From: Capsulimonadaceae bacterium
Lineage (GTDB): Bacteria; Armatimonadota; Armatimonadia; Armatimonadales; Capsulimonadaceae
Length of the DNA: 64,000 bases
NCBI GenBank assembly: GCA_965215505.1
Contig: OZ244065.1
Span: 1,664,001-1,728,000, forward strand
Reading direction: 5' to 3'
The position numbers and the translations under genes are program-made. Below are positions 20,745 through 27,950 of the stretch, in pieces. The notes under the pieces are model-generated. The model was not told where the DNA came from, did not search any database, and saw only the letters and a list, made by a program, of their open reading frames with translations. Numbering within the stretch: the stretch's first letter is position 1; every line of letters begins with the position of its first letter.

Positions 20745-20762
20745 TGTCACAGTGTCACGATC

Positions 20763-20909
20763 TGAAGAGCGGCAGGACTTGCACCTGCACTGCCTCTCGG
20801 CAACGCCGTCCCTGATAACCGTTATCCTGCGGCCTGCAAGCGGGCAAAGGTCGGTAACGGGAATGCCTTGCGGCCACGACGCGCGTCTGCTGATTTCGCC
20901 ACGCTCTCC
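20763..20909 (-). ncRNA. YrlA-like tRNA-mimic Y RNA (unit B)
   Basis: Acceptor GGAGAGCG/CGCUCUUC, Leu-like D arm UGGCGAAAUCAGCAGACGCG, T arm GCAGG-UGCAAGU-CCUGC, internal UUUGCCCGC..GCAGGCCGCAG..GGUUAUC. Confidence 0.8.
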
Positions 20910-20957
20910 ATCGTTGGTTCAGGCCATGGCCTGAACCGGCTCCGTCGTCAGTATGCA

Positions 20958-21095
20958 TGAAGAGCGGCAGGAGTCGAACCTGCTGCCTCCGGGGTGAAAG
21001 ATAACCGTTTTCCTACGGCCCGCATCGCAGGCAAGTGGCGGAAACGGGAACCGCCTTGCGGCGACCCGGTGAGCTGCCGTTGCTCCACACTCTTC
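20958..21095 (-). ncRNA. YrlA-like tRNA-mimic Y RNA (unit C)
   Basis: Acceptor GAAGAGUG/CGCUCUUC, D arm GAGC-AACGGCA-GCUC, T arm GCAGG-UUCGACU-CCUGC, internal CUUGCCUGC..GCGGGCCGUAG..GGUUAUC. Confidence 0.82.
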
Positions 21096-21100
21096 ATCGC

Positions 21101-21218
21101 TGGCTCAGGCAAGGTGATTGCCTACGGGTGTCACCCCGTACTGGAGTTCATCGCTCCAGCGCTTTGCTCTTGGTCAGGGTGCGATCACTCGATAACCCGT
21201 ATGCTGCGGCCCGAGCCA
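21101..21218 (-). ncRNA. Y RNA, linear type with a large multi-hairpin loop (unit D)
   Basis: 5' UGGCUCGGGCCGCAG-CAUACG-GGUUAUC...CUUGCCUGAGCCA 3'. Confidence 0.8.
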
Positions 21219-21235
21219 TTCTTATCCAGTTGTCA

Positions 21236-21344
21236 TGGAGGCGATCGGAGTCGAACCGATGACCGTGTGGTAACCATCTTCCAGCGGCCCGCGAAGCAGG
21301 CAAAAGGCGGCGATGGGTTGCTCTACCTACTGAGCTACGCCCCC
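21236..21344 (-). ncRNA. YrlA-like tRNA-mimic Y RNA (unit E)
   Basis: GGGGGCG-UAGCUCAGUAGGUAGAGC...UUUGCCUGC-uuc-GCGGGCCGCUG..GGUUACC...AUCGG-UUCGACU-CCGAU-CGCCUCCA. Confidence 0.85.
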
Positions 21345-21350
21345 GCCTGT

Positions 21351-21416
21351 GGTTCAGGCAAATGCCGCGCCTGGGGGTAATCTTAACAGGATAACCCAGG
21401 CGCTTCGGCCCGAACC
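21351..21416 (-). ncRNA. Y RNA, minimal linear type (unit F)
   Basis: 5' GGUUCGGGCCGAAG-CGCCUG-GGUUAUC...CCAGGCG..UUUGCCUGAACC 3'. Confidence 0.8.
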
Positions 21417-21442
21417 GGTGTCTCGCTCTTCGTATCCAGTTG

Positions 21443-21567
21443 TGGTGGAGAGCGGGAGGATTCGAACCCCCGACCCCGTCAGTGATAATGATAACCGTCA
21501 TCCAGCGGCCCGCGGGGCAGACAAAGGGCGGAGACGGATCGTGCTCTGCCACTGAGCTACGCTCCCC
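21443..21567 (-). ncRNA. YrlA-like tRNA-mimic Y RNA with encoded CCA (unit G)
   Basis: GGGGAGCG-UAGCUCAGUGGCAGAGC...UUUGUCUGC..GCGGGCCGCUG..GGUUAUC...GGGGG-UUCGAAU-CCUCC-CGCUCUCC-A-CCA. Confidence 0.85.
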
Positions 21568-21630
21568 GTATTCGGCGATCCGCTATTCAGTTATGACCGG
21601 CCCCGCCTGGCAGCAGGGCCGGAAAAGGAC

Positions 21631-21720
21631 GTTCAGGCAAAAGGCGTCCTGGGATCATCCCGTTGCCGGGATTTGGATTCGAACCAGTGTGCCAGATAAC
21701 CCAGGGACTACGGCCCGAAC
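21631..21720 (-). ncRNA. Y RNA, linear type with a T-loop-like hairpin (unit H)
   Basis: 5' GUUCGGGCCGUAG-UCCCUG-GGUUAUC..UGG-UUCGAAU-CCA...UUUGCCUGAAC 3'. Confidence 0.8.
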
Positions 21721-21744
21721 TTCAATCTTCGTCGTGGTCTTCGC

Positions 21745-22077
21745 CTAGAACCGGAAGGCCGCGAGGCAGCCCGCGAGGCAGGCCAGAAGCAGCAGGAGCA
21801 TGAGCGCGTCGGAAACGCGCGACAGGCCCGCGTTGTGGCCCTTGCCATCCCGCTTCGGCTCCGGCGCGGGCGGCGGGGCGAACTCCAGGATGATCAGGTT
21901 GCCGCGCCGCTCGATCACCCGTCCCACGCTCCTGCCGGGGGGCTTCGGGTTACGCTCCGGGGGATGGCCCGTGCGCTCCGCGAAATAGTGGACCAGACAC
22001 AGCGGCGCAGCTGTGTCGCCCCCGCTGTCCCCCACCCCCTGCATGTCTTCGTCGTACTCCGTGATGTCGTATGTCAC
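21745..22077 (-). CDS. Hypothetical protein with a C-terminal hydrophobic helix, first gene after the attenuator
   Basis: GAAGGAGA RBS 5 nt before GTG; C-terminal LMLLLLLACLAGCLAAF. Confidence 0.65.
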   Translation of the reverse strand: MTYDITEYDEDMQGVGDSGGDTAAPLCLVHYFAERTGHPPERNPKPPGRSVGRVIERRGNLIILEFAPPPAPEPKRDGKGHNAGLSRVSDALMLLLLLACLAGCLAAFRF

Positions 22078-22103
22078 TGGTTTCTCCTTCAGGAAAAGCG
22101 TTC

Positions 22104-22160
22104 AAAGAAAAAGACGCCCACCGCTCGGCTTGTGGGCCTTTGCGGTGGGCGTCTCTTTCT
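22104..22160 (-). terminator. Intrinsic terminator (putative attenuator) in the leader of the Y RNA-rsr unit
   Basis: AGACGCCCACCGC / GCGGUGGGCGUCU stem followed by UUUUCUUU on the minus strand. Confidence 0.8.
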
Positions 22161-22186
22161 CACGGGTACACGAGTGTGGTGAGTGT

Positions 22187-22333
22187 CTAAGGGACGAGTC
22201 CTCCGTCAAAGGAAGCAGTCGGGCGCTGGTACTGGGCGTTCACGAGCCACTGCCCACGACCGGCGGGGTCGGACTGGTGGCGCTCGCTGGTTAATGTGCT
22301 AACGTAAATCATGCTGGTCTGCTTCAGTGTCAT
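22187..22333 (-). CDS. Putative 48-aa leader peptide
   Basis: Hand translation MTLKQTSMIYVSTLTSERHQSDPAGRGQWLVNAQYQRPTASFDGGLVP*; AAAGGAG and GAGGA upstream; lies between the promoter and the terminator. Confidence 0.6.
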   Translation of the reverse strand: MTLKQTSMIYVSTLTSERHQSDPAGRGQWLVNAQYQRPTASFDGGLVP

Positions 22334-22370
22334 TGTCCTCGGCTGCTCCTTTCACTAAAATCGGTTGGTG

Positions 22371-22403
22371 CGTATGATACCCATACGTTCAGCGGCTTGT
22401 CAA
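22371..22403 (-). promoter_or_regulatory. Sigma70-type promoter with an overlapping palindrome
   Basis: TTGACA (22403-22398), 18 nt, TATCAT (22379-22374); CGTATG-N5-CATACG at 22371-22387. Confidence 0.7.
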
Positions 22404-22432
22404 GGGGTGGGGCGAAATAGTTTTGCGCGGCC

Positions 22433-23695
22433 TCACAGCTTCGTGCTGCTGTTGAGGAAGGACTGGGCGTAGATGCCGCCGCGGAGGGCATCACTGGCGG
22501 CCTTGGCGAGCGAGGCGGTCGTCTCGCCGGGGTGCAGGGCCACGTCCGCGGGGGTGATCGTCAGCAGCGGCTTGTCGGAGATCAGCACCTGGTCGCCGCT
22601 GGACTCGATTTGGTACATCTGCAAGCCGCCGTCCAGCAGCGTGTTGAAGCGGTCGGCGATGGCCTTGGCCCGGTTCAGGTCCGGGTCGGACAGGGTCGGC
22701 AGGGTGTGGTTGACGAACACGATGTCCTCCCCGCCGCCCGGCGCGGGGTGGACGAGGGCGTGGGGGGCGTCGGTCGCCTCGCGGACGGCGTGTGTGGTGA
22801 TGGGGACGTTCATGGCATCGAGTTCCGCGCGGATCATCCCGACGCGCTCGGTCGTGTAAGGGTGGTCCATTAGGATGCCCAGCTCGACCTTGGGGCTGCG
22901 GGCCTCGATGTCGGCCAGCCGCTGCATGAACGTCATCATGGCGACGGGATTGTAACCCGCCTTCTGCAAGAGGAGGGTGCCGCCATGGTCGGCGTCCGCC
23001 TCGGCGGCCTGGCTGTATTTGGTGTTGAGGATGCCCATCTGCGCGTACTGCGCGCCCGCCGCGAGGTTCGCGATGTCGGTCGTGTTGACGTGGGCAACGA
23101 TTGCGGCCAGCAGACCCGCGATCATCTCGGTGTTCATCTTGGACTGCTCGTGCGACAGCGACTGGATGTGGTGGTGGGCGGCGTGGGTGATCTCGTGGGC
23201 CAGGACGCCGGCCAGCTCGTCGTCGGTGCGGACGAACTTCAGCAAGCCGGAGTTGACGTAGACGTAGCCGCCCGGCAGCGAAAAGGCGTTGACGTCCTTC
23301 TCGTCAATGACGAAGAAGTGCCAGGTGAAGGGGAAGGTCCTGTCGTTGCCGTAGTCGGCGTGATAGGTCGTCGTGTTGGCTATGGCGGCGAGCTTCTGGC
23401 CGATGGCGTTGACTCGGTCCAGAACGGCCTTGTCCTTGACCATCTTGACGGCCTTGTTGACCTGTGCGGAGGCGTCCGCACCCTGCTTTGCCTCGTCGGC
23501 GGCCTGGGCCTTGTCGCGGGCGGACAGAGGCGCGGGCGTCGCCATGGAGAGCGCGCCCGTCGGGGGGAGGCCGGCGGCACGGGCGGACACCCCCCACCCC
23601 AGGCAGGCCAGGGTCGTAAACAGCAGAGGCTTGATGTTCGCGGGGGGCTTGATGTTCGCGGGGGGCTTGATGTTCGCGGGGGGCTTGATGTTCAT
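22433..23695 (-). CDS. M48-family metalloprotease, secreted
   Basis: VNAFSLPGG, ELAGVLAHEITH, EADAD, GYNP, DHP. Confidence 0.9.
   Translation of the reverse strand: MNIKPPANIKPPANIKPPANIKPLLFTTLACLGWGVSARAAGLPPTGALSMATPAPLSARDKAQAADEAKQGADASAQVNKAVKMVKDKAVLDRVNAIGQKLAAIANTTTYHADYGNDRTFPFTWHFFVIDEKDVNAFSLPGGYVYVNSGLLKFVRTDDELAGVLAHEITHAAHHHIQSLSHEQSKMNTEMIAGLLAAIVAHVNTTDIANLAAGAQYAQMGILNTKYSQAAEADADHGGTLLLQKAGYNPVAMMTFMQRLADIEARSPKVELGILMDHPYTTERVGMIRAELDAMNVPITTHAVREATDAPHALVHPAPGGGEDIVFVNHTLPTLSDPDLNRAKAIADRFNTLLDGGLQMYQIESSGDQVLISDKPLLTITPADVALHPGETTASLAKAASDALRGGIYAQSFLNSSTKL
23628..23693. repeat. 18-bp tandem repeat (about 3.7 copies) encoding NIKPPA at the M48 N-terminus
   Basis: GGCTTGATGTTCGCGGGG repeated. 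Confidence 0.92.
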
Positions 23696-23751
23696 GGCAT
23701 GTTTTCCAGATCGCCGACGCATATGCCGGAAGGATATGATATAATGGCGCT

Positions 23752-24834
23752 ATGACCCGTATGTACGTTCTGACGGTTCTTTTCCTGCTCGCGCTCCTGC
23801 ATCCCGTCCGGGCGGACGACACGCTGCCCGCCCTGCTTGGGCAGGCACAGAAGGCCAAGGATGCGGGACAGGTGGAGGAGGCATTGGGCGCGCTGGTCAC
23901 GGCCCGCCGGTCCTATCCGACCTCGAACGAGGCGGCGCGGCGGCTGGAGACGCTGGTCGGAGCGGGCCTGCCGCCGCACCTTCGGAGCGACTGGCTCGGC
24001 GCTGTGCCGGTAGACGCCACCTCTTTGCCTTACGACCTCGGCACCCTTATCGTTCCCAAAACCTACCTGCCGACACACGCCGAGGAGCCTCAGCACCACT
24101 GGTCGTTCGCTAAGGCGGCCTACGTCTACTCTGCGGACGGTCAATCGCTCCGCCTGTTCTGCGCGGTGCATTACCCCACCGACGCGGACGCCGCATTGGC
24201 GGCGCGCATCGCCCGCCTGCTCGCGCTGGCGCACCAGACCTTGACGCGCAGGACCGGATCGGAGGCCGCCAACGGGGCCGTCCCATTCGACGTCTGGCTC
24301 TGCACCGGGGGGCAGAGCGGCGGCGAGCAGTGGCGCGACAACCTGTACCTGTACGACATCGAGACGCCCCGCTCGTCCATCGAGTGGCTGCGCGAGACGG
24401 TCCACGAGTACGCCCACCTCGCCCTGCCCGCCATCGGCGGCTACGAGGCACCCGAGTATTGGGCCAACGGCTACCTCGGCGAGCGGCTCCTGGTGCGCTG
24501 GATGGAGCGCGGACCGGACGGGCCGGCCCATGTCGAGGCGCTGTGGGGCGACTTCAGCGGTGCCCCCAACTTCGACCGGCTCCTGATCGCCCCCCCGCTG
24601 GCGCTCTACAGGAAGATCGGCCCAAGCCCCATCTGGCTGGCGCGCAAGGACGAGGCTGGGATGCGCTATCTGATCGGGCAGGCCTTGACTTTTGACGACA
24701 AGTATGGCGCGTCGCGTCTAGGGGACGCCTTCCGACGGCTGCCCCGCTTCCGCGAGGCGACCGCCAAAGACTTCGCCGCCGCGCTGGCCGAGTCGCTCGC
24801 GGCGGACCCTGCCCACGCCCAGGGCACCCCATGA
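23752..24834 (+). CDS. Secreted hypothetical protein with an HExxH zincin-like motif
   Basis: Signal peptide; VHEYAHL. Confidence 0.7.
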   Translation: MTRMYVLTVLFLLALLHPVRADDTLPALLGQAQKAKDAGQVEEALGALVTARRSYPTSNEAARRLETLVGAGLPPHLRSDWLGAVPVDATSLPYDLGTLIVPKTYLPTHAEEPQHHWSFAKAAYVYSADGQSLRLFCAVHYPTDADAALAARIARLLALAHQTLTRRTGSEAANGAVPFDVWLCTGGQSGGEQWRDNLYLYDIETPRSSIEWLRETVHEYAHLALPAIGGYEAPEYWANGYLGERLLVRWMERGPDGPAHVEALWGDFSGAPNFDRLLIAPPLALYRKIGPSPIWLARKDEAGMRYLIGQALTFDDKYGASRLGDAFRRLPRFREATAKDFAAALAESLAADPAHAQGTP

Positions 24835-25724
24835 GCAGTCTAGCACGGAACGCCCACGCCAAGATCAACCTGACGCTTGATGTCGGCACGCGCCGTCCCG
24901 ACGGCTATCACGACATCCGCTCCGTCATGCAAACGGTCGCGCTGCATGACACCCTAACAGTCACCCGGACGCCGGACGTTCCCGGCGTCCGCCTGGAAGT
25001 GACGGGCGAAGAGGGCGAGGGCGTCCCCGCCGACGAGTCCAACCTGGTCCACCGGGCGGCCGTGCGCCTGCAAAAAACCGCCGCCGCGCGCGGGAGTGTG
25101 CCGGGTAATGAGAGTGGCCTGTATGTCCTCCTGTACAAGCGCATCCCCTCTCAGGCCGGGCTGGGCGGCGGCAGCAGCGACGCGGCGGCCACACTGCTCG
25201 CCGTCGATGCGCTGTTCGGCCTGACGCTTCCTCATGCGCGCCTCGCAGAGATCGGCGCGGCCCTGGGGGCGGACGTGCCTTTCTTCTTGACGGGCGGCAC
25301 GGCTTTGGTGGAGGGCCTGGGCGAGCGCGTCTCGCCCCTGCCGCCGCTGTCCCCGCCCTGGCACTTGGTGATCGTCAAGCCGCCCGTCGGCGTCCCGACG
25401 GCGGCGGCCTATGCCGCCCTAGATGCCCTGCCGGGGCGTGTGCCGGGGGCGGCGACGGAGGCTTGGCTGCGGGGCGGACGGAACCCGGCGAACGACTTCG
25501 AGCGGGTAGTCTTCCCCGCCTACCCCGAGGTCGCATCGGCCCACGCCCTACTCCGTCAGACAGGCCAGGACGGGGAAAGTTTCACGCCCCTGCTCTGCGG
25601 CAGCGGTTCGTGCCTCTTCCGCCGGGTCTTGACGGCGGAAGACGGGCGGCGCATAGCGGAAGAGATCGAGAATGCCGGCCTGGGCAGATGCTGGGTAACG
25701 GCGACAGTGGGGGCAGGCGAATGA
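24831..25724 (+). CDS. ispE: 4-diphosphocytidyl-2-C-methyl-D-erythritol kinase
   Basis: AKINLTL, DGYHDIRSVMQ, KRIPSQAGLGGGSSDAA, LGADVPFF. Confidence 0.95.
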   Translation: MSSLARNAHAKINLTLDVGTRRPDGYHDIRSVMQTVALHDTLTVTRTPDVPGVRLEVTGEEGEGVPADESNLVHRAAVRLQKTAAARGSVPGNESGLYVLLYKRIPSQAGLGGGSSDAAATLLAVDALFGLTLPHARLAEIGAALGADVPFFLTGGTALVEGLGERVSPLPPLSPPWHLVIVKPPVGVPTAAAYAALDALPGRVPGAATEAWLRGGRNPANDFERVVFPAYPEVASAHALLRQTGQDGESFTPLLCGSGSCLFRRVLTAEDGRRIAEEIENAGLGRCWVTATVGAGE

Positions 25725-25750
25725 CGACGGGTGAAAAATGAGTGTGAAAA

Positions 25751-26524
25751 ATGAGTCTGAATGTCGTGGTGCTGGCGGGCGGCAGGAACAGCGCGGAGAT
25801 GGCGGCGGCCACCGGCGTCAAGAACCGCGCTCTGATACCGCTGGGCGACCGGACGATGCTGGACTATGTCACGTCCGCCCTGGGCGGGACCGCGTCCGTG
25901 GGCGAGGTCTACGTCGTCGGCGATGTCCCGGCGGGGCCGGGCTACCGGGTCATCAGGGGCGGCGAGACGCTGCTGGACAACCTGATGGCGGGGGTGCGGG
26001 CGGCGGAGGCGGGCGTGGGCGGGGACCGGCTCCTCGTCAGCACCTCGGACATCCCGTTCCTGACGCCCCAGGCCGTGGATGACTTCGTCGGCAGCGCAGT
26101 CCGGTCGGGCGCGGACCTGTGCTGCTCCTATGTGCCCGTGGGCCTCTGTTACGCGCGCTTCCCAGACATGAAGCGCACGGCGGTGAAGCTGCGCGAGGGG
26201 CGACTGACGCTGGGGAACCTGATGCTGGTCAACCCGCACTTCCTGATGGCGAACCAGGAAACGATCTCGCGGGCTTATGACGCCCGGAAAAGCCCGGTCA
26301 AGGTCGCGCAGATGCTCGGGCCTGGCCTGCTCGTCCGGCTGCTCCTGGCCCAGCTTATTGCGCCTTCCCTGCTGACGGTCGGCGCGCTGGAGCGGGGTGT
26401 CGGCAGGCTGCTGGGGGGAGGCGCGCGGGCGGCGGGCATCCGGTCGGAGTACCCGGAGATCGGCACCGACGTGGACAAGCCGGGCGACGTCGCCGTCGCC
26501 CGGCGGATGCTGGCGGAGGGTTAA
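25751..26524 (+). CDS. MobA-like NTP-transferase-domain protein
   Basis: VVLAGG, DIPFL, DVDKP. Confidence 0.8.
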   Translation: MSLNVVVLAGGRNSAEMAAATGVKNRALIPLGDRTMLDYVTSALGGTASVGEVYVVGDVPAGPGYRVIRGGETLLDNLMAGVRAAEAGVGGDRLLVSTSDIPFLTPQAVDDFVGSAVRSGADLCCSYVPVGLCYARFPDMKRTAVKLREGRLTLGNLMLVNPHFLMANQETISRAYDARKSPVKVAQMLGPGLLVRLLLAQLIAPSLLTVGALERGVGRLLGGGARAAGIRSEYPEIGTDVDKPGDVAVARRMLAEG

Positions 26525-27783
26525 TCCTCCGCCGGGTCGTCGCTCAAGTCGAGCGGCAGGTTTTCCGTTTGGGGCGACGTCGGCCTGATGGTCGCGGGGG
26601 GGCCGCCGCGCGGGCGCGGCTTGCGGACACGCTTCTGGGAGGCGCTCCGGTGGTCCTCGGCGGCGATGTAGTGGCGCACCCGGTTCCCGCCCGCATCCTT
26701 GGCCGCGTACATGGCGGCGTCGGCAAAGTCGATCAGGTCGGCCATGACGGCGGCGTCCTGCGGGCAGGCGGCGATGCCGAGGGAGAGGCTGACGGGCAGA
26801 TCAAACTCGGTACGCAGGGCCTGCGCCTGCCGCCGGATCCGGTCGGCGACGGCCAGGGCGGCTTCCACCGAGGTGCCGGGCATCAGCCAGGCGAACTCGT
26901 CACCGCCGTACCGCGCGACCACATCGGTGTCCCGCGCCTGCCCCGCCAGAAGGCGGCCCACCTGCCGCAGTGCCTGGTCACCCGCTCCGTGCCCCTGCGT
27001 GTCGTTGACTCCCTTGAAGCCGTCTATGTCTATCATGGCGACGGCCAGCGTGTCGGTGCGGCGGTTGGCGTGTTCGATCCGCTGGCGCAGCGCGGACTCG
27101 AAGTGGGAGCGGTTGTAGAGGCTGGTCAGCGGGTCACGCTTGGCCCCCTCCAGTACGTCCTCGATCTGCCGATTGAGCCGCAGCAGCGTCTCCCGGACGG
27201 AATTGTGCCCCGCCCCGCCTACCTGGTATCCCTGCTGGGCGAGGTGCGCGGCGGTGGCGATGACGAAACGGCATTCAGGATCGCCGTTGGCGAGGCAGGC
27301 GGCCTCGGCGCACTCGACCTCACCACTCGGAAAGCCACCCAAAGGCGGCAGCCCCCGGACGACCCCCCGCAGCAGTCCGCGCAAATAATCGCAGACAGAA
27401 CCCGTCCGCCCCCGCATCGTGTCCGCTTCCAGGCTGTCCTCAACGCGGATCGTGATCTCGTCCGACTGCCGGGAGGACTGTTCCAGTCGGAGCCGCCCGT
27501 AGCCGGCCTGTGTCAGCACACCCAGCGCCCGCTCCAGCCGGGCGAATCCGGCATCAGCTCCCTCCACCTCGGCGACAGAGGCCATGACGCGCTCCGCCGA
27601 GGCGGTCCCGGCCCGGTAGAGGATGTCGGCGGCGAGGTCGGCACCGATTTCCTGTGTCATCTGTTCCCGCAGGGCATGGAGGCCCCCGGCGTCCTGGAGG
27701 AAGACGCGCTCACCCCCGACTTCCATGCGCCCGGCCTCCCCCGCTCCGGGCATGGCCGGCGTCTCTGAGTAACTCATATTCAT
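26521..27783 (-). CDS. V4R-domain diguanylate cyclase
   Basis: V4R features (GYG, C..LRG, E..CLANGDPECRF) followed by DPLTSLYNR, DIDGFKGVNDTQGH..GD, RYGGDEF. Confidence 0.9.
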   Translation of the reverse strand: MNMSYSETPAMPGAGEAGRMEVGGERVFLQDAGGLHALREQMTQEIGADLAADILYRAGTASAERVMASVAEVEGADAGFARLERALGVLTQAGYGRLRLEQSSRQSDEITIRVEDSLEADTMRGRTGSVCDYLRGLLRGVVRGLPPLGGFPSGEVECAEAACLANGDPECRFVIATAAHLAQQGYQVGGAGHNSVRETLLRLNRQIEDVLEGAKRDPLTSLYNRSHFESALRQRIEHANRRTDTLAVAMIDIDGFKGVNDTQGHGAGDQALRQVGRLLAGQARDTDVVARYGGDEFAWLMPGTSVEAALAVADRIRRQAQALRTEFDLPVSLSLGIAACPQDAAVMADLIDFADAAMYAAKDAGGNRVRHYIAAEDHRSASQKRVRKPRPRGGPPATIRPTSPQTENLPLDLSDDPAED

Positions 27784-27950
27784 CCGTGCTGTCTTGCGCT
27801 TCCTAGAGAGTCTGCGTCTCCCCGAGTTGCCGTTCAGCTTCTCCGGGGGGGCGATTCTCCTGTTTGTATCTGTATAAGCACAAACCATGCCAAAACTGTG
27901 CCTTCCCGAATTTATTTTTCATCCGCGTGCCGCCGCGAACCGCAGGTCCT

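Noticed and set aside
20763-21567. Ordinary or intron-containing tRNA genes, or tmRNA
   Set aside because: The anticodon arm is replaced by the Ro-binding helix, there is no canonical anticodon loop, and the units are too short for tmRNA
21597-21622. GC-rich hairpin between units H and G as another Y RNA
   Set aside because: It lacks the UUGCC strand and the GGUUAUC motif
20666-21720. CRISPR array
   Set aside because: The repeats are short, bipartite and degenerate with irregular spacing, there are no cas genes, and Y RNA structure next to rsr explains them
20755-21748. Short ORFs across the Y RNA array
   Set aside because: No RBS or recognisable motifs; they overlap structured RNAs
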